DNA of 63,997 nucleotides, the filler included, from Sphacelaria rigidula (Eukaryota), in the NCBI GenBank assembly GCA_964200075.2. It is 4 parts of 4 records of this genome, joined end to end, with 100 filler letters (N's around TTAATTAATTAA, not from the genome) between each part and the next. Parts side by side here need not be neighbours in the genome. Positions count along the whole stretch, not along the records: positions 32,112 to 48,059 come from CAXNAA020001545.1; positions 48,160 to 63,997 come from CAXNAA020001573.1; 2 more parts are not named here. One strand, 5' to 3'. Below the pieces are notes generated by a model that saw nothing but the letters and a program-made list of their open reading frames with translations, was not told the origin of the DNA and searched no databases. A program made the translations under genes and the position numbers. Below are positions 35,125-48,881 of the stretch, in pieces. Positions within the stretch are counted from its first letter, which is position 1. Every line of letters starts with the position of its first letter.

Positions 35125-38100
35125 TTACTGTATCAACTCAGCCGACGTGATCGCGGAAACAGCTGTGGCCGCAACGAGTGACTTCAAGGTCAGCGTCGCG
35201 AATGTGACGCCGACAAATCCGAATACACTGGCCAAAATTCTCTCCATTGTTCGTTGAGACAGCTTGCCCTGCATCATTGGTGCCAGTTGCCCCCCGATGA
35301 TCACCCCAGGCACGATGAACGCTATGAGGTTCCACGGTACGACCTCCCCTCCCTGAGATATTATACCGTTTATTTGCGTTCCAGCCGCCACTGGGTAATT
35401 GATCACAATCGATGAAGCACACGGAGACGAGCGTGGGAAAAAAATGAGAGAGTTTTTTCAGCAATGTAGGCTTGAACGGCTAACAGAGGCAGATAAGTTT
35501 TGCTTGCCGAAATATGAAAGCGGGTGAAAAACAAACAGGAACGCCTGCGCATCGAAGTGGCCACGAAAATGTGGCATATTCTCAGAATATGGGTGTGACG
35601 AAAACAACAAAGCTGATTCCACCGTTTTCAGAATAAAGAGGACTTCTTTCCCGTCACGAACGGCACGGCACCATCTGTCAAACGTCATGAAGGCAAGATC
35701 ATGTACACGCGCTCATGGCGCGTAAGAATCTAATAAAGGGTCCGACCCACTTACACAGCAAGCATAACTCTTCCCACCCGACACAATACGGTTGGCGCTA
35801 TCTTACCAACCCATCCCCGCATGCGACGGTAACCATGAAAATATCGTCTCACCTACGGCGTTGAGGAACACAACGAGCACAGACGTGCCAGCGGCCACCG
35901 GTACGGGCACCCCATTCTTCTTGACCAGCTGCGGTATCACCACCTCTCCTATTCCCACGCCAAGCATACCCGTCATGAGTCCCCCAAAAGCGGTCGACAG
36001 TCCACTCTGAGCTCCAAAATCAGGTTTCTGACGGTGAACGGCAAAACGAGCATAACCAGCAACGGGGTAGGCCGTGCCCAGGAAACCACGAACGCAAAAA
36101 ACATGAGGTGTAGATTGAGACGCGGCCTTCATCACTTCAGCTAAGGCTTGAGGATAACGCGGGACCGATGTGGGAGTGGTTTTGACACGATTGTGGCACG
36201 ACCCGTAGCGGTAATTTCTCGAAATAAAAGGTTGGGACAAGGCACCGTTCGAAGGCCCAGTTCTTTTCTTTATACACGAATGTTCACGGGAGGCGTGCAA
36301 AACGATTCCTACCGTCAGTGCGGAAGCTAAGTAGTACTCCCCTCGTGTACACACCACACACTCCGTGCCACGAGATCATTCGTCGTAACCGTCAACAGCG
36401 GGAGTCACTGACCTTGTAGATGTACTCCTGGCCCTCAGACGTACAAATCGCTCGCATTTCGCCGCTCTCCAGCTCCTCAATGGTACACTCCTCCGGCTCG
36501 AGCGACTCCGACCTGACTCGTCACGTTCCCGACAAGAAGTTGGGTAATCTTGAATATCTCCGTTTGACCCCACTTAACTAGGTTCAGCGGTTTGCTGCAG
36601 TATTCATGATATTTGTCTAATAATTTACACGATTTTTTTACGGGAGGGTTAGTATAAATGCTCACCCCTCCAAACCGCTAGCTGAAGTACCCAGGTGTAA
36701 TCCACGGTAATCAGAGCTAGGAAGCAACGATTCAATCCCCTTTTCAAAACTACAACCGGCACGGGATTGTGTTCACAGTCACGAACGAGATGATAACTCC
36801 ACATGATATTTCGGAGCGACGCGACGATACTCGGGGTCCTCTCGAAGTTTTCGACAGAAGAGCTTCTAGTCGAACTGGGAGGTCAGCAGAGGCGACTGTA
36901 ACGGGGAGCTCAATCTACACCGAACACGTGCTCTGCTCCTGCCCGCACCTCTTATCTCTCCATATAAAATGTATCCTGTCCAAGCAGTTGTAGAAGAAGG
37001 AACAGGACAGGTTCCTCCTCCAGACTCTTTCCTCTGTTTCATACATGCAAGGGAGATCGTATGCCGTGCCCGAAGGCATCATAGCCCGAAATCTACAAAC
37101 TCGGTATAAAACAGCTGGAGGGGCCACGTATGTTGCTGAGCTATCGGCCACCATATCGCAGCTGTACTGAGTCACTATATTCCCTCTGCCCCCCACCAGA
37201 TAAGGCCACTCTGTAATGTACGTGGTATCAAATGCTAGGATACATGCTGACGCTGTTTGTAGTAAGCTAGAATAGCGGTAAGACTTGCTGTATCAAGCTG
37301 ATTGTGTCGTAAACCTTGTGTTGAGCTGCTGAGGGGAAGAATTTCGAGTTTGGGGTTGTAGAAACCGGAGATCAACATAACGACCGTGAAGAAACCGCCA
37401 TCTCAATCCCGAAAATTAGCTCGATCGCGGGGCGTGGGATGGGGGGAGGGGGGGGGGACAAGGGTGCCTGGTGAAAAAATACGCGGGTTCCCGTGACACG
37501 TGCATCATTGTTCGACTACAGTTTACACTACAACACTGTCCTCAGGTGATTAATACGAGCTCGAACATCGTTTTGAAGCTGCCCATTACGCAGGTGGCAT
37601 TGCGGACCTCGAGCAACCAGCGCTAGTCAAGCTGATGCCACGTTTCTTCACCTCGCGGTATATATTGTTATACCTCAAGGACTGAACTATACTCGATTGA
37701 TTCTTCGACTATTTACCAACTCAGGTGAACAAATGGGTCAAAATGGAGCTGTCAAATGAAGATGCGCTGTGTATAACAAGTAAATGACGAGTTAACGCCA
37801 TCCCACGCCAAATTCCAAATTCAAAGTAGTTGGTCGACCTTCCGCGCTGACCTCCCTCTTTTGATTACCCCGTCTTCGACATCATCAACCTGAAAATCCC
37901 CTCTCAGCCGCCACTTCCCATCCCTAGTGAAAAATGTAGGAACCCCGGATGTGCTGTTTCTCCACATATTTTTTCAAAGACTCCCCGCACATCTTACACC
38001 ATCGACGAAAAACATATATGTCCCGATGCTGGTGGCTTCGAGTGATGGGCAAGACAAGATCGACTGCTTCTCACCCTTGTTCGTCAAGCAGCAAATAGAC

Positions 38101-39806
38101 GCTCAGGCTCAGCATAAACACCGCATACAGTCCCTTCAGCACGCGTTCGTCCGCGTACGGCACAATTAATGCACCCAAAAGGCATGCGGGAAGAGAAGCG
38201 GCAATGAACGGTACAGCAGACCCCAGATCAATCAGGCCTCGGCGGAAATATCCGAACAGACCTGTGCGGTACAGCAACAGACGGGATAATACCAACAGTT
38301 TTCGAGTCACGCATTGATCATAGAGCGTAAAGTTGTACATCGAACGCAGCTGCAGAACGGACGGTGACCATGTTGGGGCGAAACTCACAAATAACATTTG
38401 AGAAGAAAAGGTAAGGGTACTACCGTACATCAACCGCGCGCGAATACTCTTCACTCTATTTCATAGGTTTCGTGAATTGGTTGTTGATGTTCAAGTTGCA
38501 CATCAACCCCACCGAGAGTCAAGGCGTTCGACGGTCTGTGCTGTGCTGTTCAACACCACACAAGAATATCAGCATGCTACAGTTGGCGAAACAACAGAAG
38601 CGTTCTGGGTCTGCTGATCATCTCGCAGTTCAGTCTAATGGCGCGGATCACCTTACACTCCGAAATGTTTCACCACTCTCCCCCTGTTCGCACCTGAACT
38701 GAAACCAAACGCTTCAGATAAGATTGCCGTCGCGACGCTAGCCGCCACGCTGTGCAGAGGGTATCCCGGGCCCAGCAAAGGAAAGCCGAGTAGGAAAACT
38801 GGGCCCATGATGGCCGCGCCACCTATTCCGGCGGTCTGAGCACAAGTAGCGACACAGATTGCCACCGGTAGCATGAAGGCGTACCTTGTCCACTCGGGAT
38901 TGGCAGCCAAAGTTGCCACAGGATCCGCCATGAGCTGTGAGAGGAGCAAAGACGTCTGCGGTCCTGTGGCTGTGTTGAACAACCGAACACAGAGGTCAAT
39001 GGGCGATACGATGAGAGGGATTTATCGCGCGTCTTCGTTGATGCAATAGGAAAGGTGGCGTGAATGTGCTCGACGGGATTCAAACGCGAGCAGGGGTGTA
39101 CTGCAGAAACGATTTCATGAAACGGTTGTCTGCATTTGTCCCGAATAGCAAACCTGGTGTACTCGTGGTGTTATACAGACTCCTACAACAGCAGCTGAGC
39201 TGTTTGGGTATGACTGGACCATGAAATAAACTGACTGTACTGTTGTACTACTGTCTGTGCTGTTATACGAGAGCAACCTAAACCCAACCCATGTTTGGTG
39301 AGAACATGCAACGGCACGAGACTCCGCTCCCAATAAATGAGTTGGTACCGTGTTGAGGGAAACCATGAGCAGCTCATGGTGAACTCACCTTCACTCAACA
39401 TGTTGGCAGCCTGAGCCATATCAGGATGTAAAATTCCCACTCCGGCCGCAGCCGCCATAGCCGCCAACGCCGCCAACGCCGCCAACCCTCCACCAAGTGA
39501 ACCGAGAACATCCGCTCCGCTGTCACCTGGTCCGGAAGGGTCTGGCAGCAAATCAACCCCTTGTTGTTCTTGACTAGGTGTAGCTTCCGTGGATTTTGCT
39601 GACAACACTGGTGGCAGAGAATGTCGACATCTTCGATGATGCCGGCCAGGAAGAGCAGCAGTCACAGCCGAAACCGAGAGACGTCTCTCAGCGGAAGCGA
39701 ACCTAGCAGGAGATGCACGAGGTGACGTCAACATGAAGCTCACAGCTGTCCTGCTCAAACAACAAAATGATACCGCAACCACCAGGCGTCGTCGCGGCTG
39801 TAACAT
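35125..39806 (-). CDS. Sulfite exporter TauE/SafE family membrane protein with putative plastid presequence
   Basis: Phase-compatible exons 39806-39389, ~38969-38694, 38261-38075, 36512-36413, 36027-35853 and 35390-35125. Motifs: AQTAGIGGAAIMGP, GGLMTGMLGVGIGEVVIPQL, PVPVAAGTSVLVV, VPGVIIGGQLAP. The N-terminus is signal-peptide-like and ends AVS-FML. Confidence 0.88.
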
Positions 39807-40306
39807 TGTGTTCCCTCTTCCTGTTACTGCTTTTACTACACAGATAGACTACTTCGCTCGTGTGCAGCAGTGGCCTATCTTCTTGGGTACCACACTACAA
39901 CCAGTTGTACCGGACTGTCCGTAATGCGTGGTACAGAACTTGTAACCCTCGAGAGAACAGCAGACTGTTTCGTCTCTGTGAAGTACATAGTATAATTCAA
40001 ATTGTAGCCGCCAGCACAGAACCAGCATGCGGCGCAATTAGCATTTAGGCCTGATAAATGCGCTGTAATTACTTCCGCTTCGATGTGAAACGGCTGTAAT
40101 AGCACTTGCTCTTCGTACTTGAGGTGCTTGCGATTCAAATTCACGAGCGAGAGAACACCGAATACCTAAGGACGAAGGACGTTCCGTCCGTTGTTCCTAC
40201 TTCGCGATTTCGTGAGCATCCACGAAACCTTGTTGGTTGTTGAACCTTCCTGCCCCTTCTCAAGATCAGCTGTATCTGCTCTTTTTGTTGTCAACCTTTG
40301 GCTGTC

Positions 40307-43300
40307 ATGAACGCTGTTGCCCCTTTGCTTTCAGAAGAGCGAGCCGACGAAGTCGGAGGGCTGTGGGCCACAAAGCAATATGGCGACTTCAAGGTGTACT
40401 GCACTGTACTACAATAATACTGATTCGACTCTGTCGCTACCAAACCACGCTTACTGAATCTCGCTAGGCTACAAGTACATTGTTCTCGCAACTATAGGTT
40501 CCGCACATATGATGTTATACGATCAGCGTCTATCTCCGCATATCAGGCGCTGTGGTGCAAGTAGTGGCGTCGTGTATCCGCCAACCCCTGCGCCGACGGC
40601 ATTTGATCTTCGTGTACGGGAGAGGCTGGAAGCAGGCAGGCAGACAAATGTGTATATGCCGCCGATATGATTGAGCACACTCTTACAATCATACGTGAAC
40701 GCGGACAAGTTCGAAGACGTCAGCAACCACGTCTCGCCCGCACGTACGTACAGGAGGGTGATCGCTTATGGGCTGCCGATTATGTTACCGGAAGCTTCGA
40801 GGTGCGTCAGCTTCGATCGGTCTACAAGCTCAGCTTCCTCGACATCACGCGCGTGAATCGCTTCAGACTCGACGGAGAAGGAGGAGAGCCACGGCGAGAC
40901 GATGTTACTGACGATGCCAGCAACGAGAGTTTGGCAATAGCGAGAAAGGCCGAGAGAGAAAAGTCCACCGTGCGGCTCCGTGTGTATCTCACGAAAAAGA
41001 AGGCCAAAGCTAGGATGGGAGATCTGGAGGAGACGGCCTTCCTGCTGCGGCTTGATGCTGGCACCGAGGGGTGCATCTGTTACGGCAACAGCTTCGGCGA
41101 CTTTGACCAGGTTTGGCTGAAATGCCCACCATGTGCCGTTGATGGAGTTGTACCGAGAAACTCGAGTGAAACAATGTGCTCGTGAGATTGGGAACGAACC
41201 CTTTTTTCAGAACGGGAGGTTTTCGTTATTTGCACCAAGACGGTCGAATCGTCCGAAACGGCCGTCCCCCCCTGAAAGCCCGTGATCTGACGGGCACTTT
41301 GGTGCAAAAGGGTTTAAAATCGACGTGGTCAGTGCAGAGTATGGGGGGGAAACGTGCCCGAAAAATTAACAAAAAAATTGCACATTTTCGGCCGTATCTC
41401 ATGGAAGGCGTCACCGGTTTCAATCTGATTCTGCTGAAATTCCCGTCAGATCCCGGGCTTTCAGGGTGGTGACGGCCGCTTCGAACGATCCGATCGTCTT
41501 GGTGTAGATCACGAAAAACCTCCAGCTCCGGGAAAAAAACGTTCCTAATCTCACGAACATGTGGTTTGGAGCGTTGATGTGGCCCTTTTTTTGTCATAGC
41601 TACACACGTACTCCCATCGCATATGAATTTACTAAAGTATATTACTTGTGAGAATATGTTTTTATAGACCAGAACAAGACAGATGGGTACTCAAAAAAAT
41701 TGTGGCGGTATAAGACTAGATACGGTGGTACTTAGCTCACAATACTGTTCGAACCAGGTGCCAATTTTTTGTCGAATTTACCCAACTTGATGAACACACA
41801 CAAAATTTCATCTGGTTACCGTCTGAAAGAACGTTATCAAGATTGTCAGGTAGAGTGCAAGTGTTGTCCATCCGTTTTACTACCCGGTTGAAAGCCGATA
41901 GAACGATACTCGAATTTTGAGTTGCAGCATTTTATGAGTCAGTGGCTTGAATTCTGGCGATATAATGTAACTTAATGTAGACGTGACATCCACTGATTCC
42001 AAAACCCTGGAAACTACTATGAGCTTTCATCCCAACTATGTGCAGATGCTTGTCCGACAATTTAGAAACACACCACTACTTGTGCTATATTGTTCAGGTA
42101 CACTTTATACTACGCCACAACCTAGAGACTTCGCACACCATGTGTGTACCTGTACACTATATATATATATATATATAGCTCATTGCAATACATCACACTT
42201 TTTGCACAATGCCAAAAATCAACGGCAGTGTTTGCATGACTCCTACTGTGCACACGATACTCTCCACCATACAAGCTGCTGGTGATGAGGACTTCATACG
42301 ATAGACGTCCAGGACGTAAAATACGTGACCGACAGGATGATACGCGAAGGTGAACATGCAGAACAGTACTGCGCGAACCAGGCACTGACTTTTTGCGGTT
42401 TACTTCGAAGTATATTTGTATCCGTTTAGCATGTGTTCATGATCCTTACTGCTGGGTAGTGGCTTGTCGAAGTGGCCCTACCCAAAGCGCTTAGGCCGTG
42501 GATCCTCCATACGGTTTGCAATCGCTCACCAGAGAGTTAGCTCCAAGTAAGAATCATTCCACGTACAATCGATCGCCACAAACACAGGGGGGTATTTTCT
42601 CACTTGACACTACAAGACACACTACAAGACACACAAAATCTTTCGTGGGTATCTTCATCACTTCGTAACAGTAGTACAAATAGCCGTGCAGCAATGTACA
42701 GTTAATTGAAAGCTTTGTTTTCTCATTACGCGTAGAGCTAACCAATCATATCGGCAGATGCCATACCGACGGAGCTGGATCTACCAGAACGAAAGGCCAG
42801 TGGGTGAAGAAGTGCACGAGGGGAAGTGTCCCTAGAGTTCTGTCAAAGGCGTTTGACTCTTCACTCGTGCACGGTTATTTGTAATCCGGTTGCAAGCCAA
42901 GTAGGGCTTTTGGGTCAACTACTTGGTTTGAGTACGACAGGGGACACAGGAGTTCCCGGGCTCAACTGGTCGCAGAGTTTCGATGAGGGTCTGTCAAAAC
43001 ACAAGGAGAGGAACAGGTATACTTGCCCGTGGAAGGGCTAGGCAAGTACGCGAACAATAACTGACACAACAATGTTTTCGTCAAGTAGCCCGCCCAACCC
43101 CGAGCAGCCGGCGGTAGCGGCGTGCTCGGCAGGTAGCATGATGGTCGATTACGTTACTCGTGACGGTTACCGGTATCTAGCCTCGGAGAAAGCTTGTAGT
43201 GTTTCACTTGCGGCAAACAAGCGGCGGCTCCGTTTTTTAGCACGCATACATGCCCATCGATGAGAAGTATACTTGGACTGCCTACCTAGCCCATCCTGGT

Positions 43301-46300
43301 CTGTGTGGCCAGCACATGACAATGGCGATAGGTATAATGTGGTCGCGGACGAGTGTTTGGTGTGGGAGAAGTATCCCCAACACGCGTTGCTGTTGCACTC
43401 GCACTATATCGCGCGCTACGTTCTGTTCGACTTTTTTTTCCTGTTCCTTCTTTTATTCAGAGCGTGTTTCGGTTTCGTTTTTGTTGGGTACGTACGTCTA
43501 TCATGAGACCACGGCTAGACTCCTGGAGGGGTCAGTTAAACTGCGACAATCAATCAATCAATCAATCAATCAAAACGTCTGGCTGTCGTGGCGAGGAGGA
43601 TTACGTGCGGCACCCAGATCCGAAGACAAACGGCCTACACACGAACCGTGTGCCCACCTCTTGAAACCATGAACTCGCGCTTGGTAGTTGGGGTTTAAGA
43701 CGTTCAATAGGTTCAAGGCTAAGATGCCATGGTCATAGCTCATTGTGGGGTAAACGTATCTGCTCAACGATATCATGCGTGCGTGTGATCTCTTTAATGC
43801 TGCTGCAATGCGGCCCTTGTTGCTCTTTCAAATCGCACGACTTCACGCCAAGCTCCTTCTTGTTTAATCGCTTCGGCACTCGAGTTCCGAGATACCTGCG
43901 GGGTTGAGGAAGCATTGAGTGAGCAACGGGTACCTGAGTCAATTGCTGGTGTCGTCGTCGGATTTTCCACCCGTCTGACCACACTTCTTTGAAATGCACC
44001 GCTTGAAGTATTGCATGCAGTCAACAAATCCGTACAGACAACACATGTTCGGGTTTTCAACCGACACCCAGAGTGAAGATTTCCGTGTATCTTGTGGTCT
44101 TAGGGCGATCCTGTACGAGAGTGAATCACCTTGCTGTCGTACGTTTTTTCGCACGCTCCATCCTCAGGCTTCACCCCTTAAAATCTAAAGTTGAAGAGGG
44201 AGATTTCCTCTTGAACTGACGCAATGCTCATGTACGGCATTGCCACTTGCGCCCGTTACCATCGAGACGATACCCTGTTTCCTTGTTGCGTAGGACTTGA
44301 TACTGCTGAAATTCTCCGGACGACACAAACACAGGGAATGCTCCAGGTGCCAGACCCGACCGGATACAAAGGCATTGTTATCGCCAAACAGCGAGCCGAC
44401 CACCCGGCAACAGATGAACCCGTCGTCTACGCATTTGCAAAGATCGCCCACAGACGAAGGCCAGTCGTCTCCACGGAGGTCGTGCTGGGGCTTGCCGAAG
44501 AGAAGGATCGAGCGACAAGGTATTCTAAAGCTGCCACCCGTTTTCATGTTGTTCGCGCAACCCGTTTTGGAGTACTTCGGAAGGTAGTCACTTGAAGAGA
44601 TGCGCACGAATTGCATAGAATCAATCATACACGTTGACGCGTCTTCTACAGATGAAGACCATGTACTCGAGACACCGCGGGGTATATCAGAGGTCTGCAC
44701 TTCTCATGTAGTATGTTTAGGCATTTCACGGTCAGGAGGTTGTCTCGTCTGCATTTCCCACGTGGTCCATCGCGTCGTGAAAACGGTGCAGGGTATAGCG
44801 TATTTAACGCTGAGTGTTATTATACTGAAGGTACACGAAGGCCACGAGAACGGTGAAAACAGACGAACACTTGCTCAAGGGAGTGAGGAAGTACACTCGC
44901 ACAGCACGCAAGGCGTGGGAAGCGCTGTCCATTCCAGAGGACCAGGAAATTGACATCGAAGGTATTTGCTTCGATCCCCACGGCATATGTGGGACTGTGT
45001 AGCTGGTTGGGAATGCCACATTTCACCGCTTCCACGCCAATACGTGCTGAACAGTATGTATGTCTCGATCGCTCACGTAATTTAGTATTCATAGATGTGT
45101 ATATATACATGAATATATACCATAGGGCATAATGACAGCGGCCTCGTGATCGCCCGCCGAAACGCGCGCCCTGGTGACAACCCTTTAACAAACCAGACTT
45201 CAAGCGTGCATTTGACGAGCTCAACCTGGTGATCCTGGAGTCGAGAGCGATACGACTTTTCAAATGCTGCGACCTGGATCGGTCAGGCAAAATCGGGATA
45301 ACAGAGCTGGAGGTAGCGCTGATGATTAATGAGATAGTGCCCACGATGTCGTACTTGACTCCACTGGACTCGTTCTACACTTTCGACCTCGATGCTGGCG
45401 GAGACATCTGTTGGGTAGAGTTTAAGGTGAGCGAATGCCGCATGGGTGGCAAGAGTCCAGTGTAGGAGTGTTTGAAACACCTCGCGATATATGAAGAGGA
45501 GAACCATTCCCCAATACCATAACCCCCATTGTTCTTTGTAGGAGCTGCGTTGTGCTTTCCCTTTTCGTATCAGTATACTGCACCATGAGAGCAAACAGCA
45601 TCACGCACGCAGCATCGCAGCATCGCTCGTTGTAGCTGTGGAAGCAATATGGAGGTTTAATCGATACGCCTTGCATCGGACGACGATGTACTTCCAATAC
45701 ATTTGAACCCTCTACACAGCATGCAACATCAGTGAGCCCCGGCATCACGCGGTGTGTGTTAGTGGCACCAACACTAGACGCAGTCGTGCACCCGGCAATC
45801 ACCCACAGGACTGGTACGTACAGGGTAGCAAATTTCAGATACACGTACAATCACGCGGCGCGCTCTTTTCTGTCCGCCCTTGTCGGGTGAACACCATTTC
45901 AGGAAGCTGCGCAAGTAATTGGGGGGGGGACTATTTCGGAGGAAGAAGCCAGGAAGCTTTTCGATAAAGCGGATGCTGACAAAAGCGGCGCAATAGACTA
46001 CAAGGAATTCAAGCAGGTGCGAAGCAGGCAACAGAAATTCATGTCACGACGGTGGCTGCAACGCTACAATCACCACTGCTTTAATCTTCGACAACGTTTT
46101 TCGCTTGCTGGGGTGCTTGAAGCGCGTTTGGTATAACGTTGGCATGCCTCCGGGAGTAGAGCGAGACGTTGGGTAGTATATGTCTCACATATTTGATTGG
46201 TGGTGACCGCTTGATTCAGGAAAAACCTTTTGAATGCCAAGGTCTTCAGCATGAACAGTCTCCAAGACGTCGCACAGAAAACGCAGGTTGCAACCCTGGA

Positions 46301-47705
46301 TGTGTCCGGTGGCGTAATGCTAGCAGTGGAGAGTCGTATACGTTCGGGTTACTAAGCGGCGCGTGAGATACTCTCGGCACAGCCGCATCATCATTTAGAT
46401 ACTGCTCGCCGCGTATAGGTCTGGATGGAGATGGTTGACGTGGAGAAAGAACTCAAGCTTAGGGAGCTGAAGCCAGCGTTTGGGCCCATGTCTGGGTTGC
46501 GCAACAGGCGACAGCTCCACAGCGCGGTCGAGACAGAGGACGAGGTCATCTTAGAAGCCTTCCAGGTGTACAAGTCAATTTTTCGTTACATTTGACTGGC
46601 GCAACGGTATGTATACGTCGTCGGAACTCGATAGGCTAGTTCTCGAAGAGAGTCGCAATGGAAGGACGGGGGCAAAGCGCAGTGTCGTGACCGCACTTAA
46701 TGCTACTGCTTATCTGATCTTCACTGCGTCAAGAGAAATGACACAAGACTACCGTTCGTCACACTTGATTTTCACAGCGGTTTGTGCACGACATTGGAAT
46801 TCGATATGTTAGTTTTCGAAAATAAACTCTTGATCGCAGTGGGAGTGCGGAGACAAAACGCACCACCGTGACCACACTTCATGCTACTGCTTTCGTGATT
46901 TCCGCTGTATATACACACAAGCCACACAAGTGGGTGAAGCTTCACGATGTAGTTGTCAACTTTCGTTACCGAGGATGTTCGTGGCCAACAGTAATCATGT
47001 GCCCGCCGGATTATCGTCTCGACAGCGCAGACGGCTCGAGAGAGGGTAGATGGTGTGAGAAAGAGGGCTCGTTTGCTCCGGGATGAGAAGAAGAGGCTGA
47101 AGGCCTCGGGAGGTGGCAAGTCAACTCTCGATGGCGAGTGACATCAGATAGCAGAGCAACACGCGGTATCATTATAATGGCAACACGCGAACGCTGATAC
47201 TTTCGTGCCTCCGCTGATATTCTTCGAGTGTATTGCAGGAGCAGTCTTCCCACGACGTACGTTCGGCACCGCTCCGATGCAGTCTATCTGCTGTTTGCCA
47301 ATCCACATGCAGCTCCGAGCGCTACACAATTGCTCGAAACATTTTGCTGTGCGATAAAGGAACCCTCAAGTGCTCAACAACATGAGCGTCGACTGTGTGA
47401 CTGGTAGCGAAGCCCCGATACTGTCAGTTGTCTCGTCGGAGCCAGTACTTGAAGACATGCACAGCTGGTAAACAAAACACACGGATAGCACGTAGCTCCA
47501 CCTCAGATGCTCCCACATAGACTGGCAGCTCACGCTGACGTTTAACGTGACGTTTGGTGTATCCAGACGCAAATCAAGACGCAACCCGAAGACGGCAGCG
47601 ACGTCTCATGGTACAAAGGGAGCAGGCGGAACGATCGAGGTATCGCACGGAGCAGAAGATCAAACGGAATGAACTTCAGCAACAGGCGGCAGCCAAGAAA
47701 CAAAG
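40307..47705 (+). CDS. EF-hand calcium-binding protein followed by charged coiled-coil region (3' incomplete)
   Basis: Exons 40307-40393, 40754-41110, 42758-(42795 or 42825), 44831-44961, 45197-45426, 45903-46016, 46419-46565, 47031-47112 and 47567-~47705 join in frame. EF loops: DLDRSGKIGITE, DLDAGGDICWVE, DADKSGAIDYKE. Confidence 0.8.
41172..41565. mobile_element. Foldback/MITE-like element
   Basis: TCGTGAGATTGGGAACG...CGTTCCTAATCTCACGA, with inverted similarity over ~150 bp (CACCAAGACG/CGTCTTGGTG; CCCTGAAAGCCCG/CGGGCTTTCAGGG). Confidence 0.75.
43300..43572 (+). mobile_element. Non-LTR retroposon 3' end with (CAAT)n tail
   Basis: A T-rich tract, then GTACGTCTATC...GAGACCACGG...TGCGACAATCAATCAATCAATC. 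Related tails occur at ~13290 (-), ~61480-61555 (+) and ~62790-62870 (-). The 5' boundary is uncertain. Confidence 0.55.
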
Positions 47706-47984
47706 GTATGGACGCACGACGAAATTTGCGCAGCTCCATCGATCTCACCAAGGCGAGTTTGATCGATTCAGCTCGGAGTGCTAGCTCGTGACATGCGGTT
47801 TTCCAAGGTGACACTTTTGGTGGGCCGCATGGACGCATTACCTTGGCCAATAGCTTCACTCCCTGCCGCTATTTTGGACTGGATATCCCGTGCCTGGCCA
47901 TCTCCCAGCGTCTCGGATCGCTAGACACTGAATAAAGGCTTTCAGTGGATAACAAACACACAAGTTTTGGAAGGCGTACACTAG

Positions 47985-48028
<44 letters not shown>

Positions 48029-48059
48029 TCTCGCCGCTCCCCTCCCCCCGCCTCGAACC

Positions 48060-48159
48060 NNNNNNNNNNNNNNNNNNNNNNNNNNNNNNNNNNNNNNNNN
48101 NNNTTAATTAATTAANNNNNNNNNNNNNNNNNNNNNNNNNNNNNNNNNNNNNNNNNNNN
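48060..48159. other. Artificial contig linker
   Basis: N44-TTAATTAATTAA-N44. Confidence 0.97.
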
Positions 48160-48881
48160 CCCCACCAACATGATGAGATACCCATGAGCCAGTGTGTAAG
48201 CCGTGACTGTCTCTGGAAGTGGTGATACCAGAAAATGCAGAAACTCACTGCAGGCTGTCATCCATTTGCAAGGTATTCAGTACGCTTCGGGCCGAATAAT
48301 CTTAGCAGGATACAGCTCACCCTTCATGCGACTCGCCGAGCACATCACAGAGCTTCGCGCTCCGTGATTAATTGCGATCCTGATCCGGTTGAAACCCAGC
48401 GTGGTCCGTCCCGGCTTTGTAGGCATGCGAGGTCATCGGTCATATGACTACGGCAGGCAAAATCATGAGAACCCCCCCCCCCCGCGCGCGCGCCGCCCAT
48501 CGCTTGAGCGTCTTCTCGTGTTTTGTTAAGAGGGGAGACTCGGAGTGGTAAATTGTTTCGCGGGCTAGCTTGAAGTATATTCTTGCACCTCCGCCCCGCG
48601 GATCGCATGCGTGTTTTTGGTGCCCTAACCAACAAACAAACTCCGCTGAGGTTTTTGGTCGCGCTTTTCGTGACCACTGCTTGATCAGCCCGCCACTTTT
48701 GTTCGCGACGCTTTTTCTGTCTGCCTCCTCATGCCGAATTCCGTTATCTTTATCGCTGTGATCAGGTCGGGGTGCACAAAACGCGATCTATTACAGATAA
48801 ATTTGGTTTGTCGTTTAATGCTGTCTCCAACAGGAAAATAGTTGCCGTAGAATGCAAAATACCGCCTCGTTTGACTTGCAG

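Noticed and set aside
43680-44700. Intronic ORFs of 120-170 aa, possibly a nested gene or transposon relic
   Set aside because: No recognisable motif in the frames read, several stops, and no exon structure.
47985-48027. Long poly-C run (also poly-G at about 31913-31933)
   Set aside because: Homopolymers near contig ends; lengths are unreliable and there is no evidence of function.
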